From the NCBI GenBank assembly GCA_021325135.1, contig JAJPHT010000030.1, positions 128,001 to 192,000 on the forward strand: DNA of 64,000 nt. Reading direction: 5' to 3'. Below the pieces are notes generated by a model. That model saw only the letters and a program-made list of their open reading frames with translations. It ran no database searches and was not told the DNA's origin. Source of the DNA: Pseudomonadota bacterium. GTDB lineage: Archaea; Thermoplasmatota; SW-10-69-26; JACQPN01; JAJPHT01. Each line of letters begins with the position of its first letter. Positions within the stretch are counted from its first letter, which is position 1. Made by a program: the position numbers and the translations under genes. This document shows positions 63,807-64,000 of this stretch, in pieces.

Positions 63807-63977
63807 TCAGCGCAGGGGGAAGATCAGCGTGATCGCGATGACGATGATCGCCACGCCGAACGCCATGCCCAAGACGATGCGCGGGTCGATCTTGATGGAG
63901 GTCTCCTCTTCCGCGTCGAAGTAGCGGATGAGGCCGGCCGCCTGCTGGAAGCCCGCGTTCTTGTTCTGCTTCGCCAT
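63807..63977 (-). CDS. secG: Preprotein translocase subunit Sec61beta (56 aa; below the ORF-track cutoff)
   Basis: MAKQNKNAGFQQAAGLIRYFDAEEETSIKIDPRIVLG...: archaeal AGLIRYF...IDP signature plus one TM. Confidence 0.92.
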   Translation of the reverse strand: MAKQNKNAGFQQAAGLIRYFDAEEETSIKIDPRIVLGMAFGVAIIVIAITLIFPLR

Positions 63978-64000
63978 GGGGGTCGGGCCTGAAGCGCGGC

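Overview
High-GC archaeal DNA, probably Thermoplasmatota. Support: an archaeal Sec61beta gene, an archaeal-type S26 signal peptidase, GGAGGTGA-type RBSs, and a wHTH protein tethered to a large ectodomain. The window has two parts. (1) 1..~28540 is the right-hand portion of an integrated mobile element whose left end lies outside the window. It carries an RHH/coiled-coil gene coupled to a tyrosine integrase with an RGD motif and a Cys-rich insertion, preceded by a run of hairpins; a regulatory/partition module (ParB, wHTH and Zn-finger proteins, palindromic sites); a Hanks-type Ser/Thr kinase; and an 18.6-kb co-directional, mostly translationally coupled block of 11 genes. Ten of the 11 encode membrane or secreted proteins I cannot assign to a known family. 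They include three paralogous large membrane proteins with different cytoplasmic domains (one with HhH DNA-binding motifs), a C-terminally anchored protein with a hydrophobic hairpin, and a >980-aa glycoprotein absent from the ORF track. The eleventh is an HExxE metallopeptidase-like protein. This block is the best candidate for an undescribed DNA-transfer, enveloped-particle or cell-contact apparatus. (2) ~28700..64000 is host chromosome: antiporter, CocE/S15 peptidase, phospholipase D, S26, trxB, mce, Lrp, SDR, a surface-glycan cluster, a histone-H1-like protein, subtilase, ThDP enzyme, NikR divergent from a ZnuABC-type transporter with two candidate operators, and Sec61beta. I saw no tRNA, rRNA or CRISPR array. 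All calls come from reading motifs by eye; no searches were run.
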